The notes under the pieces: generated by a model
What the model was told of the DNA's origin: nothing
The model's input: only the letters and a program-made list of their open reading frames with translations
The model's database searches: none
Part shown: positions 57,501 through 64,000 of the stretch, piece by piece
Layout: every line of letters starts with the position of its first letter
Numbering within the stretch: position 1 is the first letter of the stretch
Origin: the human T2T-CHM13v2.0 reference genome, Homo sapiens
Length of the DNA: 64,000 nt
Reading direction: 5' to 3' (one strand)
Assembly: GCF_009914755.1 (NCBI RefSeq)
Contig: NC_060927.1
Program-made: the position numbers and the translations under genes

Positions 57501-60500
57501 AGAAAGGTTAAACTCTGTCAGCTGAATGCGCACATCACAGAGCAGCTTCAGAGAACAATTATGTCTAGTTTTTCTGTGAAGATAGTTTCTCTTCTACATA
57601 GGCCTGAAACCGCTCTAAATATTCACTTGGTAATTCTACAAAAAGAATATTTCAACACTCTTCTATCAAAAGGAAGGTTGAACTCTGAGAGTTAAACGCA
57701 CACATCACAGAGAAGTTTCTGAGAATTCTTCTGTCAAGGTTTATATGAAGAAACCCCGTTTCCAAAGAAGGCCTCAAAAAAGTCCAAATATTTACTTGCC
57801 GATTCCACAGAAAGAGTGTTTCATAACTGGTCTATCAAAAGAAAGGTTAAACTCAGTGAGCTGAACCCACACATCACAAAGTAGCTTCTGAGAACAATTG
57901 TGTCTAGTTCTCATACGAAGATATTGCCTTTTCTACCATAGGCCTCAAACGGCGCTAAATATCCACCTGGAAATTCTACCGAAACTGAGTTTCAAAAGTG
58001 CTCTACTGAAAGGAAGCTTCACCTCTGTGAGTTGAAGGTACACATCACAAAGAAGTTTCTGAGAATTCTTCTGTCTAGTTGTAAATGCAGAAATCACGTT
58101 TCAAACGAAGGCCACAAAGAGGTCCAAATGTCCAGCTGCAGATTCTGCAAAAAGAGGGTTTCAAATCTGCTCCATCAAGAGGAATGTTCAACTCTGTGCG
58201 TTGAATGCAAATATCACAAATAAGTTTCTGACAATACTTCTGTCTAGTTTTTATGTGAAGATATTTCCTTTCCTACTGTAGGCCTCAAAACGCTCTAAAT
58301 ATACACTTGCAAATTTCACAAACAGAGTGTTTCCAAACTGCTCTATCAAAGGAAGTTGAAACTCTGTCAGCTTAATGCAAGCATCACAAAACAGCTTCGG
58401 AGAATGAATCTGCCTAATTTTTCTGTGAAGATATTTCTTTTTCTGCCATAGACCTCAAACCGCTGTAAAAATCCACTTGGAAATTCTACAAAAAGAGTAT
58501 TTCAAAACTCTTCTATCGAAAGGAAGTCTCAACTCCATGAGTTAAATGCACATATCACAAATAATTTTCTGAGGATTCTTCTTTCAAGTTTTATATGAAG
58601 AAATCCCGTTTCCAAAGATGGCCTCAGAAAAGTCCCAATATACACTTGCAGATCCTACAAAAAGAGTTTTTCAAAACTGCTCTACCAAAAGGAAGGTTAA
58701 ACTCTGTGAGTTGAAGGCACACATCACAAAGTAGTTTCTGAGAATCATTCTGTCTAGTTTTTCTATGAAGATATTGCCTTTTCCACCATAGGCCTCAAAC
58801 GGCGCTAAGTATCCACTTGGAAATTCTGCAAAAAGAGAGTTACTAAACTGCTCTATCGAAAGGAAGCTTCAACGCTGCGAGTTGAAAGCACACATCACGA
58901 AGAAGTTTATGAGAATTCTTCTGTCTACTTTTGTATGAAGCAGTCACGTTTCAAACGAAGGCCACAACGAGGTCCAAATATCCACTTGGAGATTCAACAA
59001 AAAGAGTTTTTCAAAACTGCTCCATCAAGAGGAATATTCAACTCTGAGAGTTGAAGGCAGGTATCACAAAGTAGTTCCCGGCAATGCTTCTGTCTAGATT
59101 TTATGTGAAGACATTCCCTTTTGTACCACAGGCCTGAAAGCACTCTAAATATAGAATTGCAAATTCCACAAAAAGAGTGTTGAAAACCGCTCTATCCAAA
59201 GAAAGGTTAAACTCTGTCAGCTGAATGCGCACATCACAGAGCAGCTTCAGAGAACAATTATGTGTAGTTTTTCTGTGAAGATAGTTTCTCTTCTACATAG
59301 GCCTGAAACCGCTCTAAATATTCACTTGGAAATTCTACAAAAACAATATTTCAACACTCTTCTATGAAAAGGAAGGTTGAACTCTAGAGTTAAACGCACA
59401 CATCACAGAGAAGCTTCTGAGAATTCTTCTGTCAAGGTTTATATGAAGAAACCCCGTTTCCAATGAAGGCCTCAAAAAAGTCTAAATATTTATTGCAGTT
59501 TCCACAGAAAGAGTGTTTCATAACTGGTCTATCAAAAGAAAGGTTAAACTCAGTGAGTTGAACCCACACATGACAAAGTAGCTTCTGAGAATCATTCTGT
59601 CTAGTTCTCCTACGAAGATATTGCCTTTTCTACCATAGGCCTCAAACGGCGCTAAATATCCACCTGGAAATTCTACCAAAACTGAGTTTCAAAAGTGCTC
59701 TATTGAAAGGAAGCTTCACCTCTGTCAGTTGAAGGTACACATCACAAAGAAGTTCCTGAGAATTCTTCTGTCTAGTTGTAAAAGCAGAAATCAAGTTTCA
59801 AACGAAGGCCACAAAGAGGTCCAAATATCCTGCTGCAGATTCTGCAAAAAGAGGGTTTCAAATCTGCTCCATCAAGAGGAATGTTCAACTCTGTGCGTTG
59901 AATGCAAATATCACAAATAAGTTTCTGACAATACTTCTGTCTAGTTTTTATGTGAAGATATTTCCTTTCATACTGTAGGCCTCAAAACGCTCTAAATATA
60001 CACTTGCAAATTCCACAAAAAGAGTGTTTCCAAACTGCTCTATCAAAGGAAGTTTAAACTCTGTCAGCTTAATGCAAGCATCACAAAACAGCTTCAGAGA
60101 ATGAATCTGCCTAGTTTTTCTGTGAAGATATGTCTTTTTCTGCCATAGACCTCAAACCGCGGTAAAAATCCACTTGGAAATTCTACAAAAAGAGTATTTC
60201 AAAACTCTTCTATCGAAAGGAAGTCTCAACTCCATGAGTTAAATGCACATATCACAAATAATTTTCTGAGGATTCTTCTTTCAAGTTTTATATGAAGAAA
60301 TCCCGTTTCCAAAGATGGCCTCAGAAAAGTCCCAATATACACTTGCAGATTCTACAAAAAGAGTTTTTCAAAACTGCTCTACCAAAAGGAAGGTTAAACT
60401 CTGTGAGTTGAAGGCACACATCACAAAGTAGTTTCTGAGAATCATTCTTTCTAGTTTTTCTATGAAGATATTGCCTTTTCCACCATAGGCCTCAGGCAGC

Positions 60501-63500
60501 GCTAAATATCCACTTGGAAATTCTACAAAAAGAGAGTTACTAAACTGCTCTATCGAAAGGAAGCTTCAACGCTGCGAGTTGAAAGCACACATCACGAAGA
60601 AGTTTATGAGAATTCTTCTGTCTACTTTTGTATGAAGCAGTCACGTTTCAAACGAAGGCCAGAACGAGGTCCAAATATCCACTTGGAGATTCAACAAAAA
60701 GAGTTTTTCAAAACTGCTCCGTCAAGAGGAATATTCAACTCTGCGAGTTGGAGGCTGGTATCACAAAGTAGTTCCCGACAATGCTTCTGTCTAGATTTTA
60801 TGCGAAGACATTCCCTTTTGTACCACAGGCCTGAAAGCACTCTAAATATAGAATTGCAAATTCCACAAAAAGAGTGTTGAAAACCGCTCTATCCAAAGAA
60901 AGGTTAAACTCTGTCAGCTGAATGCGCACATCACAGAGCAGCTTCAGAGAACAATTATGTCTAGTTTTTCTGTGAAGATAGTTTCCCTTCTACATAGGCC
61001 TGAAAGCGCTCTAAATATTCACTTGGAAATTCTACAAAAAGAATATTTCAACACTCTTCTATCAAAAGGAAGGTTGAACTCTGAGAGTTAAACGCACACA
61101 TCACAGAGAAGTTTCTGAGAATTCTTCTGTCAAGGTTTATATGAAGAAACCCCGTTTCCAATGAAGGCCTCAAAAAAGTCCAAATATTTACTTGCCGATT
61201 CCACAGAAAGAGTGTTTCATAACTGGTCTATCAAAAGAAAGGTTAAACTCAGTGAGTTGAACCCACACATCACAAAGTAGCTTCTGAGAATCATTCAGTC
61301 TAGTTCTCCTACGAAGATATTGCCTTTTCTACCATAGGCCTCAAACGGCGCTAAATATCCACCTGGAAATTCTACCAAAACTGAGTTTCAAAAGTGCTCT
61401 ATTGAAAGGAAGCTTCACCTCTGTGAGTTGAAGGTACACATCACAAAGAAGTTTCTGAGAATTCTTCTGTCTAGTTGTAAATGCAGAAATCACGTTTCAA
61501 ACGAAGGCCACAAAGAGGTCCAAATATCCACCTGCAGACTCTGCAAAAAGAGGGTTTGAAAACTGCTCCATCAAGAGGAATGTTCAACTCTGTGCGTTGA
61601 ATGCAAATATCACAAATAAGTTTCTGACAATACTTCTGTCTAGTTTTTATGTGAAGATATTTCCTTTCCTACTGTAGGCCTCAAAACGCTCTAAATATAC
61701 ACTTGCAAATTCCACAAAAAGAGTGTTTCCAAACTGCTCTATCAAAGGAAGTTTAAACTCTGTCCGCTTAATGCAAGCATCACAAAACAGCTTCGGAGAA
61801 TGAATCTGCCTAGTTTTTCTGTGAAGATATTTCTTTTTCTGCCATAGACCTCAAACCGCTGTAAAAATCCACTTGGAAATTCTACAAAAAGAGTATTTCA
61901 AAACTCTTCTATCGAAAGGAAGTCTCAACTCCATGAGTTAAATGCACATATCACAAATAATTATCTGAGGATTCTTCTTTCAAGTTTTATATGAAGAAAT
62001 CCCGTTTCCAAAGATGGCCTCAGAAAAGTCCCAATATACACTTGCAGATTCTACAAAAAGCGTTATTCAAAACTGCTCTACCAAAAGGAAGGTTAAACTC
62101 TGTGAGTTGAAGGCACACATCACAGAGTAGTTTCTGAGAATCATTCTGTCTAATTTTTCTATGAAGATATTGCCTTTTCCACCATAGGCCTCAAACGGCG
62201 CTAAATATCCACTTGGAAATTCTACAAAAAGAGAGTTACTAAACTGCTCTATCGAAAGGAAGCTTCAACGCTGCGAGTTGAAAGCACACATCACGAAGAA
62301 GTTTATGAGAATTCTTCTGTCTACTTTTGTATGAAGCTGTCACGTTTCAAACGAAGGTCACAAAGAGGTCCAAATATCCACTTGGAGATTCAACAAAAAG
62401 AGTTTTTCAAAACTGCTCCATCAAGAGGAATATTCAACTCTGAGATTTGAAGGCAGGTATCACAAAGTAGTTCCCGGCAATGCTTCTGTCTAGATTTTAT
62501 GTGAAGACATTCCCTTTTGTACCACAGGCCTGAAAGCACTCTAAATATACAATTGCAAATTCCACAAAAAGAGTGTTGAAAACCGCTCTATCCAAAGAAA
62601 GGTTAAACTCTGTCAGCTGAATGCGCACATCACAGAGCAGCTTCAGAGAACAATTATGTCTAGTTTTTCTGTGAAGATAGTTTCTCTTCTACATAGGCCT
62701 GAAACCGCTCTAAATATTCACTTGGAAATTCTACAAAAAGAATAATTCAACACTCTTCTATCAAAAGGAAGGTTGAACTCTGAGAGTTAAACGCACACAT
62801 CACAGAGAAGTTTCTGAGAATTCTTCTGTCAATGTTTATATGAAGAAACCCCGTTTCGAATGAAGGCCTCAAAAAAGTCCAAATATTTACTTGCCGATTC
62901 CACAGAAAGAGTGTTTCATAACTGGTCTATCAAAAGAAAGGTTAAACTCACTGAGTTCAACCCACACATCACAAATTAGCTTCTGAGAATCATTCTGTCT
63001 AGTTTTCCTACGAAGATATTGCCTTTTCTACCATAGGCCTCAAATGGCGCAAAATATCCACCTGGAAATTCTACCAAAACTGAGTTTCAAAAGTGCTCTA
63101 GTGAAAGGAAGCTTCACCTCTGTGAGTTGAAGGTACACATCACAAAGAGGTTTCTGAGAATTCTTCTGTCTAGTTGTAAATGAAGAAATCACGTTTCAAA
63201 CGAAGGCCACAAAGAGGTCCAAATATCCACCTGCAGATTCTGCAAAAAGAGGGTTTCAAAACTGCTCCATCAAGAGGAATGTTCAACTCTGTGCCTTGAA
63301 TGCAAATATCACAAATAAGTTTCTGACAATACTTCTGTCTAGTTTTTATGTGAAGATATTTCCTTTCCTACTGTAGGCCTCAAAACGCTCTAAATATACA
63401 CTTGCAAATTCCACAAAAAGAGTGTTTCCAAACTGCTCTATCAAAGGAAGTTTAAACTCTGTCAGCTTAATGCAAGCATCACAAAACAGCTTCGGAGAAT

Positions 63501-64000
63501 GAATCTGCCTAGTTTTTCTGTGAAGATATTTCTTTTTCTGCCATAGACCTCAAAGCGCTGTAAAAATCCACTTGGAAATTCTACAAAAAGAGTATTTCGA
63601 AACTCTTCTATTGAAAGGAAGTCTCAACTCCATGAGTTAAATGCACATATCACAAATAATTTTCTGAGGATTCTTCTTTCAAGTTTTATATGAAGAAATC
63701 CCGTTTCCAAAGATGGCCTCAGAAAAGTCCCAATATACACTTGCAGATTCTACGAAAAGCGTTTTTCAAAACTGCTCTACCAAAAGGAAGGTTAAACTCT
63801 GTGAGTTGAAGGCACACATCACAAAGTAGTTTCTGAGAATCATTCTGTCTAGTTTTTCTATGAAGATATTGCCTTTTCCACCATAGGCCTCAAACGGCGC
63901 TAAATATCCACTTGGAAATTCTACAAAAAGAGAGTTACTAAACTGCTCTATCGAAAGGAAGTTCAACGCTGCGAGTTGAAAGCACACATCACGAAGAAGT
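30578..64000. repeat. Run of 19 canonical 10-mer HOR copies plus a final partial copy
   Basis: Unit starts at 30578, 32277, 33975, 35675, 37374, 39073, 40771, 42470, 44168, 45867, 47565, 49263, 50962, 52661, 54360, 56058, 57756, 59454, 61152, 62851 (last one truncated by the window edge). Confidence 0.95.

Larger units (their letters stand above)
1..64000. repeat. Alpha satellite (alphoid) higher-order repeat array, primate centromeric/pericentromeric; extends beyond both window edges
   Basis: Continuous ~170 bp periodicity with hallmark alphoid motifs (TTCTACAAAAAGAGTGTTTCAAAACTGCTCTATCAAAAGGAAGGTTAAACTCTGTGAGTTGAA-like; CACACATCACAAAGAAGTTTCTGAGAAT). The + strand shows the reverse complement of the CENP-B box as usually written. 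Orientation is the same throughout. Confidence 0.99.

Noticed and set aside
3674-59920. Recurrent 63 aa Cys-rich ORF (MKVHITKKFLR…CRFC…CVEC) resembling a zinc-finger microprotein
   Set aside because: It starts at TTG, spans satellite monomers 2-3, and recurs only because the HOR repeats. It is opened or closed by single SNVs (TGC/TGA, TCA/TGA), with no promoter, splice or codon evidence.
62849-62865. CCCCGTTTCGAATGAAG, and TCCCGTTTCGAAAGATG near 31426, as possible restored CENP-B boxes
   Set aside because: The new CGAA is too close to CCCG. The essential CGAA position still reads TGAA or AGAT.
1-64000. CRISPR-like or other prokaryotic repeat-spacer system
   Set aside because: No unique spacers and no associated genes; the entire sequence is tandemly periodic alphoid DNA.
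1-64000. Transposon (L1/Alu) insertion or inversion within the array
   Set aside because: Landmark spacing is continuously 1697-1700 or 2549 bp, leaving no room for inserted sequence. Motif orientation never flips.
1-64000. Assignment to D16Z2, D18Z2 or SF3 pentameric arrays
   Set aside because: The BABAA box order and the absence of intact CENP-B boxes do not fit those families as I know them; a database search is needed for a firm assignment.

Overview
The whole 64 kb window is one uninterrupted, single-orientation array of primate centromeric alpha satellite (~170-171 bp monomers). I see no genes, transposon insertions or inversions. The monomers form a 10-mer higher-order repeat (HOR) of ~1699 bp. 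Using the landmark CCGTTTC(C/G)AA(T/A)GAAG, I count 36 complete units plus a partial one: 34 canonical 10-mers (1697-1700 bp) and two adjacent 15-mer variants (2549 bp each, 25480-30577). The 10-mer is a diverged duplicate of a 5-mer with a B-A-B-A-A box pattern. All four B-type monomers carry a CENP-B box broken at essential positions, which suggests an inactive or CENP-B-independent array. Shared point variants reveal haplotype blocks and long-range patchwork duplications. All listed ORFs are chance reading frames in the satellite. I find no evidence for a novel protein-coding system; the points of interest concern array architecture and evolution. All comparisons were made by eye, so block boundaries are approximate.
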